From: an uncultured Candidatus Entotheonella sp.
GTDB lineage: Bacteria; Tectomicrobia; Entotheonellia; Entotheonellales; Entotheonellaceae
Direction of reading: 5' to 3'
NCBI GenBank assembly: GCA_965215335.1
Contig: CBDCDA010000001.1
Coordinates: 32,001 to 96,000, forward strand
DNA: 64,000 nucleotides
A program made the translations under genes and the position numbers. Each line of letters opens with the position of its first letter. Position 1 is the first letter of the stretch. Below are positions 19,651-28,939 of this stretch, one piece after another. The notes beneath the pieces were generated by a model. That model saw only the letters and a program-made list of their open reading frames with translations, was not told the DNA's origin and did not search any database.

Positions 19651-20978
19651 GCTGGGTGCTCCTGATGCTGTTCCGTGAATTGGGTCAGCGCCGCCGCGGT
19701 GCTGGCCGAGGCCACCTCGCCGGGGTCCGTAATGTAGCCGGTAATCGCCGAGGCGGCGGCCACCGCCGGTGACGCCAGGTAGGTCTCGCCGCGCGTATCG
19801 CCGGTGCGCCCCTTGAAGTTGCGGTTGGAGGTGGACAGCATCCGCTCGCCCTCGCCGATGACGCCCATGTAGCCACCCAGGCAGGGGCCGCAGGTACCCT
19901 CGGCGACGGCAAAGCCGGCCATGGCGAAGATGCTGATCAGCCCTTCGTCCAGGGCCTGCATGTAAATGTTGTGACTGGCCGGGATGACGACCCCGCGCGT
20001 CCACTTGGCGAGCTGGTGGCCGTCGAGGATTTTGGCCGCGATGCGCAGGTCCTCGAGCTTGGCGTTGGTGCACGAACCGATGAACACCTGGTCAATGGCC
20101 ACTTTCTCCTGCATCGCCTGGCCCACCGGCTTGCAGTTGCTCGGCAGGTGCGGGAAGGCGACCTGCGGCTCCAGATTGGAGATGTCGAACTCGTGCACCG
20201 CGACGTAGGAGGCGTCGGCGTCCGCTTCCACGCCCTGGAAGTCGCGTTTCGCCCGCCCCGTCTCGTATGCCAGCGTTTTGTCGTCGCACGGGAAGATGGA
20301 GTTCTTGGCGCCGCCCTCGATGGCCATGTTGGCGATGGTCAGACGCCCTTCGACCGACAGGTGCCGTGTCCCCTCGCCATGGAATTCCTGTGCCTGGTAC
20401 AGGGCGCCGTCGTCGCCCAATTGACTGATGAGGAAGAGCACCACGTCCTTGCCGGAGACCCACGGGTTCTTCGGCACGCCGTTGAAGACGATCTTGATGG
20501 TCTCGGGCACGCGCAGCCACAATTCGCCCGTTGTCCAGGCGGCCGCCAGATCGGTGGAGCCGATGCCGGTGGCGAACGTGTTGACACCGCCGTAGGTGCA
20601 GCTATGGGAGTCGGCGCCAAGCACCAGGTCGCCGGGGACGACGTATCCCTCGTCCGGCAGCAGGGCGTGCTCGATGCCGCCCTGGCCGGCCTCGAAGTAA
20701 TGCTTGATGCCGTATTTGCGCGCGAAATCGCGGCACGTCTTGGCCATGGCGGCGGAGGCGATGTCCTTGGCCGGCACGAAGTGACTCATGACGATGAAGA
20801 CCTTGTCCGGGTCGGCGAACCGTGTGATGCCGTTGGCGTCGAGGATACGGACGGTCAGGGAGGTCGTGATATCATTGCCCATGATCACGTCGGCCTTGCC
20901 GACGACCATGTCGCCAGGGGCGACATGGGCCTTGCCGGAAGTCCGGGCGAGAATGTGTTCACTGCGAGTCATGCCCAT
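19593..20978 (-). CDS. leuC: Isopropylmalate/homoaconitate-type dehydratase large subunit (LeuC/HacA type)
   Basis: GADSHSCTYG, FIGSCTN, CGPCLG, STSNRNFKGR. The ORF overlaps the small subunit by 58 nt. Confidence 0.85.
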   Translation of the reverse strand: MGMTRSEHILARTSGKAHVAPGDMVVGKADVIMGNDITTSLTVRILDANGITRFADPDKVFIVMSHFVPAKDIASAAMAKTCRDFARKYGIKHYFEAGQGGIEHALLPDEGYVVPGDLVLGADSHSCTYGGVNTFATGIGSTDLAAAWTTGELWLRVPETIKIVFNGVPKNPWVSGKDVVLFLISQLGDDGALYQAQEFHGEGTRHLSVEGRLTIANMAIEGGAKNSIFPCDDKTLAYETGRAKRDFQGVEADADASYVAVHEFDISNLEPQVAFPHLPSNCKPVGQAMQEKVAIDQVFIGSCTNAKLEDLRIAAKILDGHQLAKWTRGVVIPASHNIYMQALDEGLISIFAMAGFAVAEGTCGPCLGGYMGVIGEGERMLSTSNRNFKGRTGDTRGETYLASPAVAAASAITGYITDPGEVASASTAAALTQFTEQHQEHPAWHSHSPRYTGTGGTSIPT

Positions 20979-21143
20979 GATGGTGTCCCCCGCTTACCCC
21001 GTTCAGGGGCAAGCCTTGGTTGGGTTGCGTGAGACGTCGTGTTGCGTGCCCGAATTGCGGCCCATGCGGGTACCGTCGGAGGGAGTGGCTATTGCACGCG
21101 ACTTTCGACGAATTGTCAAGCGGGGCAGCGAGGAGGGGCACGA

Positions 21144-22325
21144 TTGAGCCCTGCAGAATCAACAGCAACGGTCCGCCTGGGTGAGGGCACAGAGGTTGTT
21201 CAGTGCCACCTGCAGCACGTCGTGGTGGGGCGCGATTGCCGGTTGATTCATTCCGTCGTCACCGGCTGCGAGGGCAACCCCGTCGTGCTCGGCGACCGGG
21301 TGACGCTGATCAACTGTCATGTGCAGGCTTCCGGGCATCGCGGTGCTTTCGAGTTCGGTGGATGGGGCGTGGAGCGACGTTCGACCCGTCTGGGGGACGA
21401 CGTCCGGTTCAGCCATTCGCACCTGCTCGACACGCTGGTGGAAGCCGGCAGCCGCGGCATCCATGCCGCGCTGGACCATTGCCACGTCGGGCCTCGTAAC
21501 GACCTTCGCACCTTCACCCACATGACCCGCAGCCGCACGGTGGCGGATTGCCGGTTGGGTTCGGAAGTCAGCAAAACGCTCATCTTCGGCCCCGGGTTCG
21601 TGAGCGAGCACGCCAATTCCTATCTCAGCCTGCTGGCGCCTGCCGACTATCCCATCCTCACCGAAGACGGGCGCGAGGCGGTGCTGACGGGTCTGCCGAA
21701 CGTCACGAACATCGGCGCCGGCACCGTCTTTGCCAACTACGGCGGCGAGCCACTGCCCGCCCGCTCGGTTGAGCAAAGCCCCGGCAGCGCCAAGGGCACC
21801 GCGGTCGTCTACACGTCTTTTGTCTGCATCAACAGCCGGGTCATCAGCCGTTACGGCCAGCCGCAGGGTCAGCCCGGCCCCTTCGACCTCCTGCGTCGCC
21901 GCGACCTGACGATTCTGGGCTTTGGCAGTTTCGTGGAGAACAAAGTCACCGGCCGCATCCCCGCCTTTGCCTACGCCGGTGACCTGTCGCCCCGCTCCCA
22001 CCGGCTCGGCTGGGTGCTGGCCAAAAAGCCCGGCATCATTCTCAACGTCATCACCAAGATGCGCCGCCTGCTCGGTGACCAGTCCTGGCGCCTGCGCGAC
22101 CTCGTCGAAGGCACCTTGCGCCTCGAATGCCGGCTCCTCCAAGACGAACTCGCCGGCACCCGTCCCGGCTTCTACACACGCGAGCAACTGCAAAGTGGTC
22201 TGGCGATCCTGCACGCCCACCTGCAGGACCGCCGCTGGTCCATGACCGATGCGGGCACCTCCTGGCAGCACCGCTGGACTTTCGACGACCCCCATGAGCA
22301 GTGGGTCAGCGATGTTCAGACTTAG
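21144..22325 (+). CDS. Hypothetical left-handed beta-helix protein with GlmU-like acetyltransferase motif
   Basis: TTG start after GAGGAGG, hexapeptide-like periodicity, GSEVSKT and NIGAGTVFANYGG motifs. Confidence 0.6.
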   Translation: MSPAESTATVRLGEGTEVVQCHLQHVVVGRDCRLIHSVVTGCEGNPVVLGDRVTLINCHVQASGHRGAFEFGGWGVERRSTRLGDDVRFSHSHLLDTLVEAGSRGIHAALDHCHVGPRNDLRTFTHMTRSRTVADCRLGSEVSKTLIFGPGFVSEHANSYLSLLAPADYPILTEDGREAVLTGLPNVTNIGAGTVFANYGGEPLPARSVEQSPGSAKGTAVVYTSFVCINSRVISRYGQPQGQPGPFDLLRRRDLTILGFGSFVENKVTGRIPAFAYAGDLSPRSHRLGWVLAKKPGIILNVITKMRRLLGDQSWRLRDLVEGTLRLECRLLQDELAGTRPGFYTREQLQSGLAILHAHLQDRRWSMTDAGTSWQHRWTFDDPHEQWVSDVQT

Positions 22326-22569
22326 GGCAACCGCACTCAGACCTCTTCAGGTGCGACAGCTGTTGTCGTGTTCGTATCGGGTTGCGCCAGCGAAGGCCGG
22401 GGAATCGACTGAAGTCCGAATCGCTCGAATGCACCTCTGCCTGATATTCCATGGCTAGAGCGGCGATATGGGCATCGGACACAAGTTGCCCGCCGGCACC
22501 TGCGGCTTCGAGATTGTGCTGCAGATACGTCAGGTGCTCGGTGCCAGGGTCAAGGGGGGGCAACGTCAT
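22306..22569 (-). pseudogene. C-terminal half of a VapC (PIN-domain) toxin
   Basis: GQLVSDAHIAALAMEY...HSSDSDFSRFPGLRWRNP. The PIN N-terminus and an antitoxin gene are absent. Confidence 0.8.
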
Positions 22570-22595
22570 GATGCGATGCTATCGGGATTTCAAGG

Positions 22596-22625
22596 CATCA
22601 TGATGATTTGATGAATTGACGTCAA
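22596..22625. promoter_or_regulatory. Palindromic operator/promoter remnant upstream of the vapC fragment
   Basis: Perfect palindromes catcatgatg (22596-22605) and ttgacgtcaa (22616-22625). Confidence 0.4.
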
Positions 22626-22708
22626 GATGTCTCAAGCCGTCACCCGCCGCAATACCCGTACGCGTTCTCCGTTCGGTCATGAATCCAACTCTGATCAGCC
22701 CGCCAGTG

Positions 22709-24838
22709 TCATACCGCTTGTGAAGCGTACAAGGGCAGGGCGTCTGATGCCTCGTCCCGGCTCACCTGCACCAACGTGTCGTGCCAGTCGCCGCCGCCGC
22801 CGAGGTCGCTGAGGCCATCGGCGGTGAGGGTATTGGCGAGGGCATCAGACGGAGCGTAATCCTTCCACCAGCCGAAGGGGACGGCAACGACGCCGGGGCG
22901 CACCCGGTCGCCGACGCGGGCGCGGAGTTTGATGGCGCCGCGGTCGTTGAAGACGCGCACGGGGTCGCCGTTGGTGATGCCGCGTGACTCGGCATCGACG
23001 GGGTGGATGTCGAGCCTGGATTCGGGCTCGGCGCGTCGGTGGCGCGGCAGGTTGGCGTAGCTTGAATTGAGGAAGTGAAGGGGCGTCTTGGGCGTCATCA
23101 GCAGCAATGGGAAGCGGGCGGCCAGCGCCGCATCGCCGGCGGGGCTTTCGTTGGCGGGCTCGAATGTCGGCAGCGGGTCCAGCCCGAGGGCTTCCAGGTG
23201 CTCGGCGTAGAACTCGCACTTGCCGGAGGGCGTGGGGAAGCCGCCGTCGGCGAATGGCCGCCAGTCGCTCGGCAGGTTGAGGGGCGCCCAGCCGTGTTCC
23301 CACAGGCGCTCGAAGGTGACGCCGTCCAGGTAGGGATGGTCGCTGTCCAGGGCCGTGTGGACGAGGCTCTCGTCGGATTCGTACAAGTCCGGCTCCCGGA
23401 GACCGAGGGCGGCGGCCAGGCGGCGAAAGAATTCGGTGTTCGGCACTGCCTCGCCGAGCGGCGCGATGGCGGGCCGGTTCAGGGTGACGTAGGTGTGGCC
23501 CCACGACCACAGCAGGTCGAGGTGCTCGACTTGCGTGGTGGCGGGAAAGACGTAATCGGCATAGCGCGCGGTGTCGGTCAGGAATTGCTCGTGGACGACC
23601 GTGAACAGGTCCTCTCGGGCCAGGCCGGTGCGCACCCGGTTCAGATTGGGCGCGATGACCGCCGGATTGCTGTTGTAGACGATGAGGGCGTGAATGGGCG
23701 GTTCCATGACTTCGTTGGTGAGCGCCTCGCCCAACTGCACCATGTTGACGGACCGGATGCTGCGGTCTGCAAGCGTGCGTTTTTCGACGCCGGCGACGTT
23801 CAGCGCCTGGTAATGGGGCTTGGCAGTGAAATCCACAATGCCACCGCCGCGATGCCGCCAGGCGCCGACCAGGGCCGGCAGGCAGGCGATGGTGCGAAAG
23901 GCCATGGCGCCGTGGGCGTGATGCTCCATGCCGACCAGCACCCGGATGGCCGACGGCTGGGTTTCGGCATAGGCGCGCGCCAGCCGCACGACCTCGTCGG
24001 CCTGCAGGCCGGTGATGGCGGCGGCACGCTCCGGCGGGTAATCGTCAAGCCGCTCGCGTAAACGGTCGAAGCCCAGGGTGTGCCGCTCGACGTACTCCTT
24101 GTCGTGCCGGTCTTCGTTCACGATGACGTGCATCATGCCCAGGGCCAGGGCGGCGTCCGTGCCCGGCAGGGGGCGCAGGTGCCAATCGGCTTGCGCCGTG
24201 GTCCGCGTCCTGAGCGGATCGATCGCCATCACGGTGGCGCCGGCGGCCCTGGCTTGGCGGATGAACGGCCACAGGTGCAGATTCGTCACCACCGTATTGG
24301 TGCCCCACAGGATGATGAAGCGGCTGTGCGCGATATCCTCGGGTAGCATGCCGGTAGTGGTGCCGAGGGTGGCCACGATGCCGTGGCCTGCGGTACTGGC
24401 GCAGATGTTGCGCTCCAGGCGGGTGGCGCCGAGGCGCGCGAAAAAGCGTCGATCCAGCGAACTGGTCTGGACGATGCCTTGCGTGCCCATGTAGCTGTAG
24501 GGCAGGACGGTGGCGGCGCCGTGCTGGTCGATGAGGCGGCGCAGGCGCGCGGCGACGTCGGCGATGGCCTCGTCCCAGCCGACGCGCTCGAATTGGCTGT
24601 TGCCTTTGGTGCCGACGCGCCGCAGCGGGTGGAGTACGCGGTCCGGGCTGTAGACGCGGTCCAGGTAGTGATCGACCTTGGCGCACAGGACGCCGCGCGT
24701 GAAGGGTTGCAGCTTGTCGCCGACCAGTTCGACGGCCGTGCCGTCTTCAACCTTGACCTGCCAGCTGCAGCGGTCGGGGCAGTCGTGCGGACAGGCGCCG
24801 GGTACCCAGGTTGGCGCAGTGTTTGAGAGGGTCGGCAT
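22709..24838 (-). CDS. Molybdopterin (bis-MGD) oxidoreductase, single catalytic subunit
   Basis: ACPHDCPDRC...LCAK Fe-S motif, FIILWGTN, TDTARYADYVFPATT, TPSGK, C-terminal molybdopterin-binding domain. Confidence 0.92.
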   Translation of the reverse strand: MPTLSNTAPTWVPGACPHDCPDRCSWQVKVEDGTAVELVGDKLQPFTRGVLCAKVDHYLDRVYSPDRVLHPLRRVGTKGNSQFERVGWDEAIADVAARLRRLIDQHGAATVLPYSYMGTQGIVQTSSLDRRFFARLGATRLERNICASTAGHGIVATLGTTTGMLPEDIAHSRFIILWGTNTVVTNLHLWPFIRQARAAGATVMAIDPLRTRTTAQADWHLRPLPGTDAALALGMMHVIVNEDRHDKEYVERHTLGFDRLRERLDDYPPERAAAITGLQADEVVRLARAYAETQPSAIRVLVGMEHHAHGAMAFRTIACLPALVGAWRHRGGGIVDFTAKPHYQALNVAGVEKRTLADRSIRSVNMVQLGEALTNEVMEPPIHALIVYNSNPAVIAPNLNRVRTGLAREDLFTVVHEQFLTDTARYADYVFPATTQVEHLDLLWSWGHTYVTLNRPAIAPLGEAVPNTEFFRRLAAALGLREPDLYESDESLVHTALDSDHPYLDGVTFERLWEHGWAPLNLPSDWRPFADGGFPTPSGKCEFYAEHLEALGLDPLPTFEPANESPAGDAALAARFPLLLMTPKTPLHFLNSSYANLPRHRRAEPESRLDIHPVDAESRGITNGDPVRVFNDRGAIKLRARVGDRVRPGVVAVPFGWWKDYAPSDALANTLTADGLSDLGGGGDWHDTLVQVSRDEASDALPLYASQAV

Positions 24839-25007
24839 GGAGGTTTCTCCTTGGCGGCATGTTACTGTGGGAACTGAGGAATCGTCGGGCCACGCTGCGC
24901 CAAACCCGGCCTGCGTAAGGTGGGGCAGCGATTGACGCTGCCGAGCCTCGTCCGTATGATGGCAACTTCGCATTCACGTTCAAGCCCATTATAAGGAAGG
25001 AAGCCTC

Positions 25008-25295
25008 ATGGCGGCCTACGTTGTTGCGCAAGTCAAGATTACCGATCCCGACACCTTTGCCAAGTACAGCCAGCAGGTTCCGGCGGTGGTGGAACGGTTT
25101 GGCGGCAAGTATCTGGTGCGGGGCGGCAAGATGGAAACCCTGGAGGGTGAGTGGGACGCCGGCCGGCTCGTGGTGCTGGAATTTCCGTCGATGGACCACG
25201 TGCAGCGGTTTTATAACTCGCCCGAATACGCGCCGCTGATCAAGCTCCGCCAGCAGTCCGCCGACACGATCATGAGCACCGTTGAAGGGGTGTAA
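25008..25295 (+). CDS. DUF1330-family protein
   Basis: FGGKYLVRGG..ETLEG, VLEFPS, YNSPEY. Confidence 0.9.
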   Translation: MAAYVVAQVKITDPDTFAKYSQQVPAVVERFGGKYLVRGGKMETLEGEWDAGRLVVLEFPSMDHVQRFYNSPEYAPLIKLRQQSADTIMSTVEGV

Positions 25296-25388
25296 GCCCT
25301 TCAGGCATTCCGCCGCCGCTCCCATTTCCACCCTGAAGCCCCCGCCTCCCCGCCTGAGTCGAGCCGTTCAAGCGGGGGCGGCACCTTC

Positions 25389-26141
25389 CTATGATAGCCG
25401 TGCCAGGGACTCCTGCACGGTTGGCCGTTGCCCCGCCTCGACATCCGCTCTGCGGCGTTCGTGAAACACCGTGAGGATCGTATTGGCGTTCGCCAGAATG
25501 CCGATTTCCTTGCAGTAGGCGTCCAGCTTGTCCGCCGGCAGCGCCCACAGGGCGACGTCGTCGGACATGGCGTCCAGGTAGGCGCGGGCGCCGCAGCAGC
25601 CCAGGCTCATTGCCGCGCGTCCCTGATTGACCACCTGCGGCACCACGGCGCACGCCGGGCGGCCCATGGCGGCCGGCACGCCCTCGTCAACCCGCGCCAC
25701 CGCCTCACTGAGGATCAACCCCTGCTGCGCGTGCGCGAACAGCAGCACGATTTCCGCGGTCAGCGGGAAGTCCGCCAACGGCCCATAGACAGCGTGCTGC
25801 GCCTCGCGTTGCAACACCGGTATCGCCGCCACCTCCTCGGCGCGCACGTAATCCAGCCCGCTCATGGCCTGCAAGGCTTCCTGCAACTCGCCAGCCTGCG
25901 CCGCCGGCGCCGGCGTCAGGTGATGCGTGTGGATGCCGATCGAGCACAGGGCATGGTCCGACGCCGAGGTGGCAAAGGTGCGCATCGCCGCTTCCTGCCA
26001 AAAACTGCACCCTGCCGGCACCGTGCCGTCGAAGGCCGGCACGCCTGCGGGCGCGGCGTCACTGAACGTCACGGCGATGGGCGGCAGGGATAGTTTCAGC
26101 GAGGTTGTCAACTGGTCGGCAAGCTCCGAGTATGTATTCAA
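25389..26141 (-). CDS. DUF169-family protein
   Basis: PIAVTF, AGCSFW, GRPACA, SLGCCGARAY. Probable TTG start after AAGGAG. Confidence 0.8.
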   Translation of the reverse strand: MNTYSELADQLTTSLKLSLPPIAVTFSDAAPAGVPAFDGTVPAGCSFWQEAAMRTFATSASDHALCSIGIHTHHLTPAPAAQAGELQEALQAMSGLDYVRAEEVAAIPVLQREAQHAVYGPLADFPLTAEIVLLFAHAQQGLILSEAVARVDEGVPAAMGRPACAVVPQVVNQGRAAMSLGCCGARAYLDAMSDDVALWALPADKLDAYCKEIGILANANTILTVFHERRRADVEAGQRPTVQESLARLS

Positions 26142-26233
26142 TGGTCGTTCTCCTTTTGTTGGCATTTGGCACAGGATAGCCGCTATGCTTCAGCCGCCTC
26201 CGGCATGGGGTTACAAGCTCCATGGGGGCAAGT

Positions 26234-26343
26234 TCAGTGTTTGGTTTTGCGTTTGCGTGCCCTGTGGTCGACGAGCATCGTATACACGACGCCAAGCACC
26301 GCGACGCCGCAAAAGATGTAAGCGATGAGTCCAGGTCACTCAT
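26234..26343 (-). pseudogene. Frameshifted single-TM micro-protein
   Basis: ATG overlaps the end of the upstream gene. Adding one base gives MSDLDLIAYIFCGVAVLGVVYTMLVDHRARKRKTKH*. Confidence 0.4.
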
Positions 26344-26524
26344 GGTGCTGCCTTCTTGCGAGCCAATACGAAATGCAGAAAAGGCCAACAGCACCAGCCA
26401 GTGCGACCTGCATGCCCGGTACGGACAATTTGCCCGTCGCAAAGGCGACGGGCGCAGCGACCGCCGAGCCTTGGGCCATGTTGCCAAGAGCTTTTGACAA
26501 ATGGTCATGCTGCGCCTCGTTCAT
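26336..26524 (-). CDS. Small two-TM membrane protein (62 aa)
   Basis: MNEAQHDHLSKALGNMAQGSAVAAPVAF...VALAGAVGLFCISYWLARR, preceded by AGAAG. Confidence 0.5.
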   Translation of the reverse strand: MNEAQHDHLSKALGNMAQGSAVAAPVAFATGKLSVPGMQVALAGAVGLFCISYWLARRQHHE

Positions 26525-26668
26525 CTCGTGTCTTCTTGTACAAGGCAACAACTCAGTGAGAGAAGTACACCTGATCCAATGGGCAGGCGTCAATGGTAAA
26601 GTCACCATTGTTTGGTCATCGGAATCGCCATGACCGAGGGGAAACGATGGGGGAAGGGAGGTCGGAAG

Positions 26669-27691
26669 ATGGAACAGGCAACGTACTCGGTAGTCAACAA
26701 AACGGTCGATGGGTTTCAGGTTTACGCCTTGCAGGAAGATCGGAAGGCCGTCGCTGAAATGGCCCCCGGCCTTGGCAATAACTGCTATGCCTTCCGGGTG
26801 GCGGATACGGGGTCCGGCCCCGATGGAAGCACTTGGCTGGACCTGATCGATGCGCCCTCTAATTTGAGAACGTTGCAAGAACGTCCCGATATTTACGGTA
26901 TTCCGATTCTGTTTCCCTTCCCGAACCGCATCCGAGGCGGCACGTGGCGCTTTGAGGGAGAAACCTACCAGTTTGACAAGCCGCCCGGATCGCCAACCTC
27001 GATCCACGGTCTGCTGCTGAATCGACCCTACCAGGTGGAAAGCCACGCAGCGGACGAAAACGGCGCGACGCTGGTGTGTACTCTCGATTCGCGTGAGTTC
27101 GCGGATATCGGCCGCCAGTATCCATTCCCGTTCAGAATCGGAATCACCTATACGCTCAAAGACGCTGCGTTGTCGATGCGCGTTTCGGTTCAAAATGCCA
27201 GCGACCGGAACATGCCGATGGGGTTCGGCATTCACCCCTATTTTCGTGTTGGTCTGTCGCCCGACGCGAACGCTGCCGCGGCGCTGATCAAAGTCCCTGC
27301 CGCATCGTACTGGAAACTCGACGCGGATTCGGTGCCGACGGGCGAACGACACGCAGCCGCCGGCGTCCTGGACCTGCGAGACGGCAAGCCGTTCGCGGGA
27401 TTGACCCTCGACCACGTGTTTACGGACGTTCAGATGGAAGCGGATGGGGTCAGTCGGTGTGTCATCGAGAACCGGGATACCGGGCACGGCATGGTGATGG
27501 CATCGGAGTGGCCATTCCGGGAACTGGTCGTCTACACGCCGCCGGGCAGGGACGTGGTCTGTTTCGAGCCCTACACCTGCCCAACGGACGCCATCAATCT
27601 GGAGGCGAAAGGCATCCCCGCAGGCGTGATTGCCTTGGCACCGGATGAAACGTTTTCGGCGACTGTTCGCATCGTGCCTATTCTTCCATAG
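26669..27691 (+). CDS. Aldose 1-epimerase family protein
   Basis: LFPFPNRIRGG, IHG, GFGIHPYF, LDHVF, CFEPYT. Confidence 0.9.
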   Translation: MEQATYSVVNKTVDGFQVYALQEDRKAVAEMAPGLGNNCYAFRVADTGSGPDGSTWLDLIDAPSNLRTLQERPDIYGIPILFPFPNRIRGGTWRFEGETYQFDKPPGSPTSIHGLLLNRPYQVESHAADENGATLVCTLDSREFADIGRQYPFPFRIGITYTLKDAALSMRVSVQNASDRNMPMGFGIHPYFRVGLSPDANAAAALIKVPAASYWKLDADSVPTGERHAAAGVLDLRDGKPFAGLTLDHVFTDVQMEADGVSRCVIENRDTGHGMVMASEWPFRELVVYTPPGRDVVCFEPYTCPTDAINLEAKGIPAGVIALAPDETFSATVRIVPILP

Positions 27692-27692
27692 C

Positions 27693-27864
27693 TCACCAAC
27701 CTGATCTGCAACGGTGGGTAGATTTCAGAGTGAGGAGGCGCTTTCGATGAGTGGTGAGGCATGGAAAGAGACGTTTATGGAACAAAAGGTCAGCCATGTG
27801 CTTGAGCGACAGGGGAGGGTCGTCATCGTCGAACACGTACCTGCCGGAGTATGCGCAGAAACCG
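27693..27864 (+). pseudogene. Remnant of a DUF4258 / YgiT-type zinc-finger toxin-antitoxin pair
   Basis: Tail QPDLQRWVDFRVRRRFR* overlaps ATG 27747 of MSGEAWKETF...VIVEHVPAGVCAETG, which is cut by an IS end at 27865. Confidence 0.6.
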
Positions 27865-28939
27865 GAGCCTTTTGCAAAATGGACAAGCGCGCCAGGATTA
27901 TTGATAGAAAGAAGCCGGAAAAGGGCTGATCGTACTGGGACAAGGCCGTCTCTCCTTCGTATCATGGGGTCTTCGACCCCCCACATGACAAGGAGAGAGC
28001 AACCATGTCCCTACGTGCCATCCTATCGAATTATGGGTTCATCTTCCAACGAGAGCTTTTCCCTGCACTCAAAGAAGAACTGGGTCCCTTGGGGGACCGC
28101 TACTCGTCCTTGATCACCGTGCTTGAGTTCGTACAGATTGAGAGACTGCTGCCGTATGTCCGGGGCCTGCCGGGACGTCCGCAGGAAGACCGGGCAACGC
28201 TGGCGCGGGCGTTCATGGCCAAGGCGTTGTTCGCTATTCCAACCACCCGGGCGCTTGTCGAACGGCTTGCCATCGACCGCCCGCTGCGTCGTCTGTGTGG
28301 CTGGACCACACCTGGCGAGGTGCCCAGCGAGGCGACGTTCTCGCGTGCCTTTGGCGCCTTCGCCGACAGCGCCTTGCCGAGCCGCCTGCACGAGGCGCTG
28401 ATCAACAACACCCTGCAGGACCGTCTCGTCGGTCACGTCTCGCGTGATTCGACGGCCATCGAGGGGCGTGAGAAACCAACGCCGAAGAAGAAATTGGCCA
28501 AGCCCAAGCGGGGCGCGGTCGTCCACGCAAGGGTGAGGAACGACCGAAGCAACCTCGCCGACTGCAACGCCAGCCGTTGATGACCCTGAGCGAGATGCTC
28601 GCCGACCTGCCACGCGACCCTGACGTCGGCGTCAAGCAAAACGCCAAGGGACACCATGAATCCTGGGTCGGCTACAAGTTGCATGTCGATGTGGCGGACG
28701 GTGGGATTCCGATCAGTTGTCTGCTGACCTCGGCCTCCCTGCATGACAGCCAGGCAGCGATTCCCTTGGCTACCCTGACGGCGGTGCGGGTCACCAATCT
28801 GTACGACCTGATGGACTCGGCCCATGATGCGCCCGAAATCAGGACCTGCAGCGCGTCACTCGGGCACGTAGCGATCATTGACGTCAATCCCCGCTGCGTC
28901 GCGCGCAAGCTGGCCTTGAAAACGGAGGCACGGGCGCAG

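Noticed and set aside
22709..24838. Selenocysteine read-through in the molybdoenzyme
   Set aside because: The ORF is uninterrupted, with no in-frame TGA.
3660..24882. Shared gggaactga(a/g)gaat motif near 3660 and 24869 upstream of minus-strand genes
   Set aside because: Only two short imperfect copies, compatible with chance.
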